The notes under the pieces: generated by a model
What the model saw: the letters and a program-made list of their open reading frames with translations, nothing else
Told to the model about the DNA's origin: nothing
The model's database searches: none
In this document: piece by piece, positions 38,062-49,094 of the stretch
Position numbering within the stretch: position 1 is the stretch's first letter
How the letters are laid out: each line of letters starts with the position of its first letter
DNA from: Ylistrum balloti
Taxonomy: Eukaryota
DNA length: 64,000 bases
Assembly (NCBI RefSeq): GCF_031769215.1
Contig: NW_026781899.1
Span: 310,001-374,000 of the forward strand
Direction of reading: 5' to 3'
Made by a program: the position numbers and the translations under genes

Positions 38062-38580
38062 ATAAGACAATGACTTACTCAGTATATCTGATAATGACTT
38101 ACTCAGTATATCTGTATTCATGACTAAGATAATGACTCAGTATATCTGTATTCATGACTAAGATAATGACTCAGTATATCTGTATTCATGACTAAGATAA
38201 TGACTCAGTATATCTGTATTCATGACTAAGATAATGACTTACTCAGTATATCTGTATTCAGTGTATCTGTATTCATGACTAAGACAATGACTTACTCAGT
38301 GTATCTGTATTCATGACTAAGATAATGACTTACTCAGTGTATCTATTCATGACTATGATAATGACTTACTCAGTATATCTGTATTCATGACTAAGACAAT
38401 GACTTACTCAGTGTATCTGTATTCATGACTAAGACAATGACTTACTCAGTGTATCTGTATTCATGACTAAGATAATGACTCAGTATATCAGTATATCTGT
38501 ACTCATGACTAAGATAATGACTTACTCAGTATATCTGTATTCATGACTAAGATAATAACTTAATCAGTATATCTGTATTG
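38062..38580. repeat. 34/38-bp minisatellite
   Basis: GACTAAGATAATGAC(TTAC)TCAGTATATCTGTATTCAT units. Confidence 0.93.
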
Positions 38581-39272
38581 CCTGTTTATTGCTGAGGTAT
38601 GTTCCTTTATGTTCCTTTGTCCAAACAACAGCTGTGTAGAGTTGAGCCAAGTCTGGATCTGGCATGGTCTTGACATGAACTTCTGGTTTTTATATATGGC
38701 TGCTAAGACTTCAAGCTTGTTAACTTTTTACAGACTTGTTGTCACAAGAAGTCTCTATCATAAGATCCTATTATGTTGTTTAGTTTAGATATTAAGTTTT
38801 CTTGTATAGGCAATAAAAATCAGTACAGATTTAACAATATACCATACTATTGTCTTTAACAATTATCTTTATAAAAAAAGATTCATTCATGATACTTAGA
38901 ATACAGACTTTAGGTTTAAAAACCAATAGTGAAACTGTCTCCACATGTAGATTTCAGAATTTAAAATAACTGTATGAAATTATGTCAACATTTGTAACAG
39001 TATGGTAAAACTTAACAAATAGATAATCAGATACCAAGATACAATGATCTTGATAACAGCCTTACAAAATTCAATTCATCTACATTTTGTAGGATTCTTA
39101 AAACATTTGGTACATTTTCATTTCATAGGTGGTATAAATGTATATGAAATAGTTTCTCTCAGAAATCATACAAAACCATACACATAAATATTCACATACA
39201 ACAGCAATACCTTCACAACATTGAAACTTAACAAGTATGAAATGTTTGTCATGATTTGGCTTCATCACCCTA

Positions 39273-40963
39273 TCAAAAGTCAATAGGTTCGTGTTTAATT
39301 GATCGTACATCTAGAATGATAGGAAGACCTGATGTTGTAGCATCCTCTCCAGCAATGTTTGTGTTGTCTTGCACCAAGTTTGGTTCTGGACCCAGATCCT
39401 GCACAATTTTTTCATTTTGCTGAACGCCAGACTCAGACAAATGATAAACAGGGAGAGGTTTGACATCAGTCAAGACGACAACTGTAGCAGTATCCATTTC
39501 TGCCTCTTGGACCACTGATAGCAATCCATCTTTAGATGAATGGATTACAGGGTCTTCTACTAAATCGGGAATTTCACTGTTTATGTCCTCTTTTTCCTTT
39601 TTAACTTCGCAACCGAGGTAATTTGCAACTGCAATGTTCTCTGCCTGTCCGTTTATCAGCATAGTGTCATTCCCGAGATCTTCCATTACAGTTTTCACAC
39701 AGGGATCACTCCACATTCCATCATTCTGTCCTTGGTTTTCCTGCCCTGTAGTGGATCTCATGACTGCAACATCATCACTATACACATACACCTTTTGATT
39801 TTCATTATCCCACTCTACACAGACCTCCTTAGAAGTGCCAGCTTTGATTGTCACTGGATTTGTAATGCTGTCCGATGTACCAACATTATTATCATTAGAG
39901 TTACTATTGACCTCTTGTAGCGAACCTGTACACAAGTACGAGTATCTTAATTTGGCATTCTCATCATCATCGATAATGTTCTGTTCAAGACATTCTGATG
40001 TTTCATTTGTGCGGATGTGAAGCGGATAATGGTGAAATACAACATTATCTTCACCTCCTCCAACCTCGTTTTGACATTGTCTATCAATCTCCTTCTTCAC
40101 ATGTGGATACCCCCTCGTAATATCAAAATTAGAGGTGTTTGTTGTGACTGTTTCTAGCTGAGGTATTGTCACATGGTTTCCTTGACTGCTGACATGGACT
40201 TGGATATCTAATGATTCTAGGTTTGGTTTTATATCTGTTGATACTTGTGATTCATAGGGTGCACTACAAGGTACAATTTTTATAGCATCACCTTCGTTGT
40301 TCCTTACAGAACTTATTCTTCCCACATCTTCTGTAACTTGTAAAGACTTTGTAATTTCATCTGAGAAACCTTCTCCAACATTTTGTCTCGTATTAGTCAA
40401 TTCATAGGATACCGCCTTATTAATTTCCTTTGACACAACATATGTTTTAACATGTCCAACCTTTGGTTTGATATAAACATTACTGCGTTTTACAACAGTT
40501 TGTATGACTTCCTTGTCGGCTGGTGGCATTACCACATACACATTCTTTGAAAAGAGCTTGCCATCCTCACTTTCGTCACTATCACTTCCTAAGTCAATCT
40601 TTTCATATCTGTTTTTGGCCCTGTTTTTTTCAAACTCTGAAGAGAATTGAAGGTCTAGTTCACAGAAAGGACAGGTAACATTTTCTAAACTTCTGTCCAC
40701 ATTATCCTTACCAAAAAGTAAATCTCTCATACAAACTGGGCACTGCTGTGTCTTCTTGTTTTTGTCACTGCAACGAGTTTTTGCTTTGTTTCTCACTTGT
40801 CTCTGTTTTATTTTCTCCTGAAGTTTCAATAGAACAGATCCTTCTGTTTGCATTTTAACATCAGTTATGTTTGGTTTTTTCTTTAGGGAATCTGCATTTA
40901 TTTCAGATTTTTTTCTTCTGAGAGGCCGTCCAGGTCCACGCTTCACAACAGGAACTTCACATT
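39273..40963 (-). CDS. Uncharacterised AT-hook/C4-motif nuclear protein (paralog A), large terminal exon
   Basis: About 563-codon open frame after acceptor TTTTTGCAG; GRP motif, CPVC..CPFC. Confidence 0.85.
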
Positions 40964-42265
40964 CTGCAAAAACAGAACAAAAAAAAATTAATAAGAAATT
41001 GTACAACCCTCCTCTGAGCCCAACTTGGCCATCAATTAATGTACAAAGGGCAATAACTCTGTACATAACAAAACTTGCAAACAAAGAATTTTGAAACATA
41101 TACATACTTTATGTAAGGCACTTAAAGCTTCTCTTAACAGTAAATTTATGAAATCTTTTGAAGATAAAACAGGTTAACTTTATGGCATGTTCAAATGAAA
41201 TATAGATCATAAATATATGGTTTTAGGAGCCTTATCCACAATCCAAGTTTATGACAATTTTAATTTAGTTAACAGTTCACCTTCAGATTTCTTGCCAATG
41301 GCTTGCATTGGATTCAACAAAGTATTGTGAGACTGGAACAAGTAAATTTTCTAGCCAATTATAGTAATTTAACCAATATGAAAGTATGGCCCACACTTTT
41401 TCATTTTCCAGAGAAGTCTTTGTGGGATTCTGAAGATAATAGATATTATGTCTCTTTAAAAGGTAGAAACTTTGAGATTAAGGATGCCCAGACAATATCT
41501 TTTTGTTCATGTGGATAAATGCCTTTTATTCAGCATTGTCTCAAAGAAGTGACCTGTAACTTGAGATGTCTCTGGAGCACATGACATGAATAAGTACTGA
41601 TAACATGTAGGAATCTTATGTGTAAACTTTAAAAGGAAAAAATACAATTATTTTTTTAACATTCACTAGATAACATTGATTAGTTACAAAAATGCATGTA
41701 TATTTGTAACCATATTAATTTCAAGTAGAATTAATTTCATTTTGCTCTGTTTTGTATTTTAGATCTGAACCTAAAAAATTGTATATACAAATTCATCTGA
41801 TCAATGAATAATTTACCTTATTTCTGTTTAGTGTTAATGTGATAAGAGAAGTAACTCATTTGCCAGCAAAACCATTTTTCATGAATGATTTGTACTTAGA
41901 AAACATATTCAGAGAAAGAGGATCAAAATGGATATAACTTCTAGAAATGTACATCTTTTCCGATATAAAACTTGAAAAAAAATATAGACACGTACAAAAC
42001 AGCACACCAAGACAAAGCATGACCAGTTCACTAAGTAATGTGAACCGCATCGTACGTAGATCACAGCTGCTAGCTGTGTTCTGGAACATAAATGCAAGCT
42101 CAAGAAGAAAAATACCCCTATTTATTAGTAAATACTATTTGTTATTTACTTTCTTCTATTTCTGAAACACGTACGTATGCTAAAGAATGATTTACTCTTT
42201 TTTTTCTTTCGTTATAATGAAAGTGCTGTAGATTGTGCAAAAACTGCTATTTTGTTTTCAGTTAC

Positions 42266-42317
42266 CTAGGATTTCTTGCGACCGTTTTCCAGTCCGACTC
42301 CTTGTACTTGTAGACAT
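42266..42317 (-). CDS. Paralog A exon 1 (MSTSTRSRTGKRSQEIL)
   Basis: ATG, 52 nt, donor G|GTAAC, phase 1 matches; about 110 bp from an ETS/YY1-like motif. Confidence 0.72.
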
Positions 42318-42426
42318 TGCTATTACAACTGAGATTCCAGTTCTTCAAATTTGCATAATAACAATACAAAACAACGTAACAAGTTTACTACAATGTAGCG
42401 TGTGCTGATAGATGCAGATTGACAAC

Positions 42427-42438
42427 CCGGAAATGGCG
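42427..42438. promoter_or_regulatory. Overlapping ETS/YY1-like motif CCGGAAATGGCG upstream of paralog A
   Basis: Motif about 110 bp upstream of the inferred ATG; ACCGGAAA is similarly placed (about 33816) upstream of paralog B. Confidence 0.45.
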
Positions 42439-42524
42439 CATTGTTAGTAATTGTAAATTCGGAAAACGTGATAACAGTTCCGAAATGATGCGGCATCGAT
42501 TATGTAGCGGGCATTTGGTCAAAC

Positions 42525-42544
42525 CAGAGATATATACGTCTCTG
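42525..42544. mobile_element. 20-bp TIR remnant with 7-bp TSD GTCAAAC
   Basis: GTCAAAC-CAGAGATATATACGTCTCTG-GTCAAAC. Confidence 0.7.
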
Positions 42545-43679
42545 GTCAAACCGATATCAAATGATGAATAAGTTTATTAAATTCATATTTTATGTGTTTT
42601 AATTACAGAAATAAATTATAAATAATATTACTGGTCACTTTTGGACAGAGCGCTCAGAGCTTCAACATCGTCGAAGTATGATAACAGCCAGTCTAGCGAC
42701 CATGAGAGGTAGCGGCACTAGAGCCTAGAATTGTACACGTAAGTACTATGTGTAGAATTAGCAACTAGTAACTAGTAACTATTTAATAATATATTTGATT
42801 AAAGGCATATTTTTGTTTAAAAATAAAGTTGATATTTTGACAGTGTGTTAATTCAAATATCGGGCGTGGTCGATTTAACAGACAGGTGGATCCGAGAAAA
42901 CCCTCTTCACACTGACGAGGAGGATATTTTTTATATATGTAGTATAATTGGATACCAACTGTTATTTCTATATAATTTATAGATTGATTTTACAGTTGTA
43001 ATGAATATGTATATGTGGTTATATTATATGATTATCTTATCGTAAGATTGTGTTTGTATTGTAGTAATATGATGTATTTCATGTTACAGGTTTTTTGTTA
43101 TTGTATTAATAAAACTTTGAAGAAAAAGAACTCAGCAGTTGTTTTGATGACATTAAAGACAACTTTTACCCTTTATGCAATCTTATGACACATATATGCA
43201 ACATGAACACCTCCAATATGCAACATGCAATTGGCCAGATCAATACTGATTTTTCAAATTAGGAAAGTTTTTCATGTATTTTTCCTATAAAGGTGACCGA
43301 GTCCAACATTACATAATTACAGAATTGGAAGCTGCGGCAGAGTTGCATGTAAATACCTTTTTTTAGTACCTAAAACTACGAACAAGATGACGGTATGTGC
43401 CGTATTAGCCATATATATGCGTGCTGCGCCCCCGCATGGTTGCCACTGTATTGATTGTTTCTGTAGTTGAGTGCATTTAATGAAATACTGTAGATTTGAC
43501 AGCAACAGTCAGTCTATCATATATATAGTTTGAACAAGCAAGAAGGAAAACAGAAATAACTACTTAGATGTATTATATTGGAGTGTATAGCTGTGTAGAA
43601 CAGTCTATGAACTAAACTTTGATGTTTCAAATGATATACTTCTGTAATTTTGGTTTACTCTTTCTAAATAATTTTCATG

Positions 43680-46600
43680 TTATATGTACTTAATGTTACC
43701 TTTTGTGTTTGTCCTTTTAATTCCAGGCTTTCTCATTGTCGTCTTCCTTAAAATTGCTTTCTTTTTTATAGTCCTCTTTTCATGCTTTACCCCATGGTCA
43801 TGTTTATTCTTTTTTGTCCCTGTAACCCGATCTTTTCTGTTAAATGCTTCATTGATCGTTTCTTTCTGTTTCCCTGCTCTGTCACCCAGTGCTTTATCAT
43901 CTCGTGACTCATTTTCCGTGTTGACTCCGCCTTTCTGTGTAACTCCCTTATGACCCGTTTCCTTTCTGACTGATACGTTTTTGTCTGTTGCTTTTTCAAT
44001 GGGGTAATTCTCCTTTGGGTTGATACAATGTCCATCCAAACCGACTTCTAACTTAATGTATTTCTTTTTGAAAGGTAGTCGTCTGGATGTCATAGAGATG
44101 CCTTTCACTTTTTGCATACATGACTCAGAAACCTCATCTGACACGATAGCTAGTTTGGGTTTCAGCATGGTGCCTTCACTTTTGTTCAGTTTGAACAAAT
44201 CCTCTTTGGAGACCTTTTCGCCATCCAGTTTGCTTGTATACTGCCTGCGAGCAGGACCCACTTCGGAAAATTTACCACAATTCCGAGGCTCTGTGGTCTC
44301 TCTCGACTCTCCATGAAAATTCTTTTTTGCCAGAGTTGTCCCTTCTGTGTGTTTTCTTGGAGATTTATTGTTGCCCTTCATTCGATCGGTGGATAAAAGT
44401 TTCTTTTTTCTCCTCATATGTGTCGATAATGATGCTTGTCTCATTTTTCTCTGCCTTTGAACAGCTGACATCATGCTTGATTTCCTGCGCAAGTACTGAA
44501 GCTGACGTCTCTTGGCCTCGTCATGCATAGCATCTAGATCCATAAACCAACATTTTGGTTTTTTCCCGCTTTTCTGGAAGTTAAAGCGGAAACCCTTTGT
44601 GGCAAGAGGTAGCCTGAAGTTATCATCAAATCTGGTCCATGTAGAATGGGAGGTGGCATCACGAACAAAGGACAGGTTTTGCTTTGCTGGTAATTCACCA
44701 CTTTCAGGGTCTTGATTTTCAGGATTTTGTGTGTTTTTACTAGCATCACTGTGGTCTATTCTAGTGTTCCCACCTGTTTGCCCTAAACTTACTTGATCTG
44801 CGCCAATTTGAGGTGAAGCAGATTGCATTATTTCATCTTCATTCTCTTCAGATTGTAATGGTTGATTTGCTTCCATACCAAGAGTATCACAATCAATTTG
44901 AATGTCGTTTTTCTGTTGATCTTTGTTGTCATGACAACTATGATCAGGATTGCTAACAAGATTATCTTCTTCATCTCCACTTTTCTGCTGTTCTTGTCGA
45001 TATTCCTCTTTTATAGATTGTAACTGCGTGTCTTCACTCATCAAAAAGACGCAGCTGGTTACAGTTACATTCTCCTCGTCTTTTGATATCTTAATAGTGT
45101 CCTCCTTAGGATCTTTTTCCTCGAAGCAATTTCTTTGTCTATCAACTCCAGAATCTTCACAATCAGCTTGATCATCAGACCTTATTTCGTTCTCAGCATT
45201 TCCAGATGGCATCGGGTCATTTTCTTCAACACTTGGCTCCTTAACCGCATTGCTTGCGACAGAAGATAGTTGGGCATTGATAGTATCGCCAAGTGCTTTA
45301 TCCTGTACACAGTACTCCATCTCGTTAATACCCTCGTGCATTTCTGTTGTGTCATCTTTGGTATCTTCCAGATGTCTATGACTCCTGTTTTCTTTTATGT
45401 TTCCACTTGAGCTGTTGTCTTCTAAAATAACCACTGACTGACCACTTGGAAAGTTGCCAGTAGAATGTACACCGTTACAATTATCTACGGAGTGCCGTCT
45501 TTGACCATTGTCTGTTTTTTGCGTATCAATACCTTTGTCTTCCAAGTGCCTACTGATGCCAGTGTCTTTATCGACCCTACTACGACTTTGCTCACTTTGA
45601 CCTTTGTTTAAGGAAGGCCCACTTTGGTAAATGTCTATTGTGTGCCCTCTTTGATCACTGTCACCTGAAAGTTCACTTTGAATATTTTCTGTTAAAAGCT
45701 GACTTTGACAAATGTCAACAGACTGTAGATGTTCACTGTCATCAGCTAACCTTTCACTTTGACTGTTTTCTGTTGAGTGTTCATCAGCTGATTGTCTACT
45801 GTTACCCTTTTCTGCAGAGATCTCCATTTGTCTATAACCAGCTGACTGTCCATCGTCATTCATTTTTGTAGAGTGATCAGTTTGACTCTTGTCACTGGAC
45901 TGTCCACCTTTTTCTGTTGTGTTCCCCATTTGACTGTCGCTGCCAACCGATTGCTCACTTTGACTGTCCTTATCACGATGTCCACTACGACCATTTATTA
46001 TACTTGTTCCGCTGTCTAGTGAACGTCCACATTGACTTAAGTCTGTTAAGTGTTCAGTTTTAAAGTTCTGTCTGCTATCACTACCTTTCTGTCCATTATC
46101 AGTCGAGTCACTTTCAACTGTAACTTGCTTCTCACTCCGACGATTCTTTTTCGGTCTTCCCCTTCCCCTTTTTTGAGACTGCTTGTTATTTTGATTTTTT
46201 TCTGTTGTACGCTCACTTTGGACGTCTTCAGTTGACTGTTCACTGCGCCACTTACCTGTGGACTGTTCAACTTGAAAAACGTCCACGGATTGTCCTCTTT
46301 CAATGTCCTCAGCTAACCGTCCACTTTGATAGCCATTTGACGGTCCATTTTGTGTCGTTTCTGTCGAGTCCTCAATTTGAATATCGTTACTTGGCTGTTT
46401 ATCTTCACTATTTTCTGTTACATTCCCAATATGACCTCTAATGTCTTCTGAGTGCTCGCCATAACTGTCTTTACCTCGCTGTCCACTGTGATTATTTAAT
46501 GTGCAGTGCCTAACACATTTTGGATCCCTTAAATCTGTTCCTTGCTTCTCACCGTGATGATTCTTTTTCGGCCGTCCCCTTTTCTTCTTTTGAGGTTCCT

Positions 46601-49094
46601 TATCTGTGGTCTCTACTGCAATCCCATTATCTATGTTCTGTTTTTTCCCTGATTTTTTACTTGAGGTCAAATTAGTCTTCGCCTTTTTCCTTGGTCTTCC
46701 CCTTCTCTTCCTCTCAGGGTTATGCTGTTGTTCACGGGCAGCCAAGGGCGACTCACTTTTCATTTCCGAACTTTCAGTGTATGACTGAGATGCGTTTGTG
46801 TCTTCATCACTGTTGCCTTCTTGTTTAATTTGTTTCATGAGATGATTTAAACCCGTTTGATTCTCGGATGTGTCTTCATCTTCATCTATCTCCCCTTTGA
46901 TCAATGTCATGTCTAATTTATCCAAGCTCTTTAATTTTTCGATCTCCTTCTTGGTATGCATTCGTTTGTAATGCAGCTGTAACTGACTGTGCCTTTTATA
47001 TGGCTTCTTGCATAATTCACAAAAGAAAGCATAGTTCCCATGCATTGTACCCACATGAGCCAAGAGGTTTTGTTGAGATCTACCTCCATATGGACAAAGA
47101 GGACAGCGATAGGGACGGTTTGTGAGGTCATGAGTTACCATATGCGCTTGCTTATTTGACTTGCTAGCAAAGGTCCGACCACAAACTTCACAGGAGAATG
47201 GTCTTATACCATTATGTAGCTGCATATGCTTTCCAAGAGACGACTTGACCTTGAAAGTCTTTTCACAAATGTCACACTTAAATGGTCTTTCGGTAGTGTG
47301 CCTTTGGGTGTGCTTGTTCCTTGCTGATGGCGATTTGAAACATTTTCCACATAAAGGACACGGGAACTTCCTTTCTTCTGAGTGAACATGCATGTGTTTT
47401 GATAAATCTGATTTAGTTTTACAGGCTTGTTGACAACCAGGATGTGTACATGGAAATGATCTAACATCACTGTGCTTAAACTTGTGGAGATTCAGTTCAT
47501 AATTTGTTTTACATCGAAAATCACACTCTTCACATGAAAGTGGTTTTAATGAAGTATGACGATAGATGTGATATTTCAGGTCACACGATCTCTTAAAAGA
47601 ATGTCCACAAATTTCACAATGGAATGGACGGTCATCCACATGGCTCAAAAGATGACTTGAAACATTTCTCCTCCATTTTGTAGTGAAGTCGCAATAAGGG
47701 CATTTGTAATTTTTGACTTTTGAATGTTTAGCCTGATGACGCTGCAGGTCAATTCGAGATCTGGAAGCGTAAGGGCACAGTTCACACTTAAATGGTTTAG
47801 CTTTGGTGTGTTTTGATTCATGTTCCAAAAATGATCCTCTACTTCTAGCTTTGAAGTCACAGTATGAACAGTATATAAATGGCATGACATGTGTTTTCCT
47901 ATGTTTTATCAGCTTAGGACGTTCCTGGAACACCAAGTCACAACGATCACATTTGAAATTTCCAATCACAGGGGGCCTGCCTATTCTATGTTTTTTCCTC
48001 CTCAATTTTTTCTGCCGACCATGTATACCTTTACTTTTTGCTAGTGAACTTGATGTAAGTTCTTGGTTATTGTCACGAGAAAAGGAAGTGTCTTGCTCAA
48101 CTTTGATTTGTTTCAAAGCTGGTTTAGAATTACTCTTGTAATTCTTTGGAGGCATGCTTAAATGTCCTGTACTTTCACATTCTGTCGGTGATTGGGTATT
48201 GATATCAGCAACACGAAATCCAATTATTCTTTGCTGGTCTTGCTCTGACACACTGGTGTAGGAATCTTCGTTATCTGCTGATATAGAACTTGTTGAAGCT
48301 GTTGCTGTCTTGGTTGCTGTTTTCAGCGGCCTACCTCTTTTTCGTTGTGGAGCGATTTCAAAAGGAAGAGTTGATTGAAGCTTATTACTCTCTGCCGATT
48401 TTCCAAGATTAGCTAACTTCACGCTCTGTTCATCAAACACGTTACAGTTGCTTTCAAGTATATTCTCTGTAGCATTAACCCTAGATTCTCCTGTTTCTGT
48501 TCCGTCTCCTCCAACAAATACATAATCGGCTTCCTCTGTATCGTTTGCAATTTCAAACACAAAGGATTCTGACTGTCTCTTCTTTTTTGATTTTTTAGGT
48601 GTCACCCTTGCATGTGTTTTGTTCTTTTTGCGGCGTTTCTTACGAGCTGGACTTTCTCCGTAAGCTTTAATCATGGGAGACACTTCTTCAGTTGTGCCGT
48701 CTGAAAGGCTGCTACTTTGTGGTTCTGGCAAACAGACATTTTGTAGTGCTAGGTTACATTCATTGGCACTATCAACATCTGACAGGGTTGGGAGTATACT
48801 CCAACAAACATCTACTGTTTTCTCAGAATCTTTACTGCTCTGTTCACAATCAGTCTCTTTCTTGGATATCTGAACAGGGATGTGTGCTATATTGTAGATA
48901 TTTGCAGATGGTGCCACACTGGTGTTGAATTGTGGTAAATTCATTGGAGTAACAGCCTCTGTTCCAGTTTTCATTGTCAATGAGTCATTTGTTGTACTAT
49001 TTAACACCTGGAAAGGTTTCGTTTCCATTTCGTCGTCATCTGAGATGTTCTCGTACACAAATCCACTTATCTTCTGTGAATCATAACACTCCAT
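43680..49094 (-). CDS. Large C2H2 zinc-finger protein (1804 aa; 12 fingers, several AT-hooks), single coding exon
   Basis: 12 tandem CxxC..HxxxH fingers counted at about 46955-47955, some with linkers like TERPF/GIRPF; GRP AT-hook-like motifs; acceptor TTCCAG three bases before the ATG. Confidence 0.93.
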   Translation of the reverse strand: MECYDSQKISGFVYENISDDDEMETKPFQVLNSTTNDSLTMKTGTEAVTPMNLPQFNTSVAPSANIYNIAHIPVQISKKETDCEQSSKDSEKTVDVCWSILPTLSDVDSANECNLALQNVCLPEPQSSSLSDGTTEEVSPMIKAYGESPARKKRRKKNKTHARVTPKKSKKKRQSESFVFEIANDTEEADYVFVGGDGTETGESRVNATENILESNCNVFDEQSVKLANLGKSAESNKLQSTLPFEIAPQRKRGRPLKTATKTATASTSSISADNEDSYTSVSEQDQQRIIGFRVADINTQSPTECESTGHLSMPPKNYKSNSKPALKQIKVEQDTSFSRDNNQELTSSSLAKSKGIHGRQKKLRRKKHRIGRPPVIGNFKCDRCDLVFQERPKLIKHRKTHVMPFIYCSYCDFKARSRGSFLEHESKHTKAKPFKCELCPYASRSRIDLQRHQAKHSKVKNYKCPYCDFTTKWRRNVSSHLLSHVDDRPFHCEICGHSFKRSCDLKYHIYRHTSLKPLSCEECDFRCKTNYELNLHKFKHSDVRSFPCTHPGCQQACKTKSDLSKHMHVHSEERKFPCPLCGKCFKSPSARNKHTQRHTTERPFKCDICEKTFKVKSSLGKHMQLHNGIRPFSCEVCGRTFASKSNKQAHMVTHDLTNRPYRCPLCPYGGRSQQNLLAHVGTMHGNYAFFCELCKKPYKRHSQLQLHYKRMHTKKEIEKLKSLDKLDMTLIKGEIDEDEDTSENQTGLNHLMKQIKQEGNSDEDTNASQSYTESSEMKSESPLAAREQQHNPERKRRGRPRKKAKTNLTSSKKSGKKQNIDNGIAVETTDKEPQKKKRGRPKKNHHGEKQGTDLRDPKCVRHCTLNNHSGQRGKDSYGEHSEDIRGHIGNVTENSEDKQPSNDIQIEDSTETTQNGPSNGYQSGRLAEDIERGQSVDVFQVEQSTGKWRSEQSTEDVQSERTTEKNQNNKQSQKRGRGRPKKNRRSEKQVTVESDSTDNGQKGSDSRQNFKTEHLTDLSQCGRSLDSGTSIINGRSGHRDKDSQSEQSVGSDSQMGNTTEKGGQSSDKSQTDHSTKMNDDGQSAGYRQMEISAEKGNSRQSADEHSTENSQSERLADDSEHLQSVDICQSQLLTENIQSELSGDSDQRGHTIDIYQSGPSLNKGQSEQSRSRVDKDTGISRHLEDKGIDTQKTDNGQRRHSVDNCNGVHSTGNFPSGQSVVILEDNSSSGNIKENRSHRHLEDTKDDTTEMHEGINEMEYCVQDKALGDTINAQLSSVASNAVKEPSVEENDPMPSGNAENEIRSDDQADCEDSGVDRQRNCFEEKDPKEDTIKISKDEENVTVTSCVFLMSEDTQLQSIKEEYRQEQQKSGDEEDNLVSNPDHSCHDNKDQQKNDIQIDCDTLGMEANQPLQSEENEDEIMQSASPQIGADQVSLGQTGGNTRIDHSDASKNTQNPENQDPESGELPAKQNLSFVRDATSHSTWTRFDDNFRLPLATKGFRFNFQKSGKKPKCWFMDLDAMHDEAKRRQLQYLRRKSSMMSAVQRQRKMRQASLSTHMRRKKKLLSTDRMKGNNKSPRKHTEGTTLAKKNFHGESRETTEPRNCGKFSEVGPARRQYTSKLDGEKVSKEDLFKLNKSEGTMLKPKLAIVSDEVSESCMQKVKGISMTSRRLPFKKKYIKLEVGLDGHCINPKENYPIEKATDKNVSVRKETGHKGVTQKGGVNTENESRDDKALGDRAGKQKETINEAFNRKDRVTGTKKNKHDHGVKHEKRTIKKKAILRKTTMRKPGIKRTNTKGNIKYI

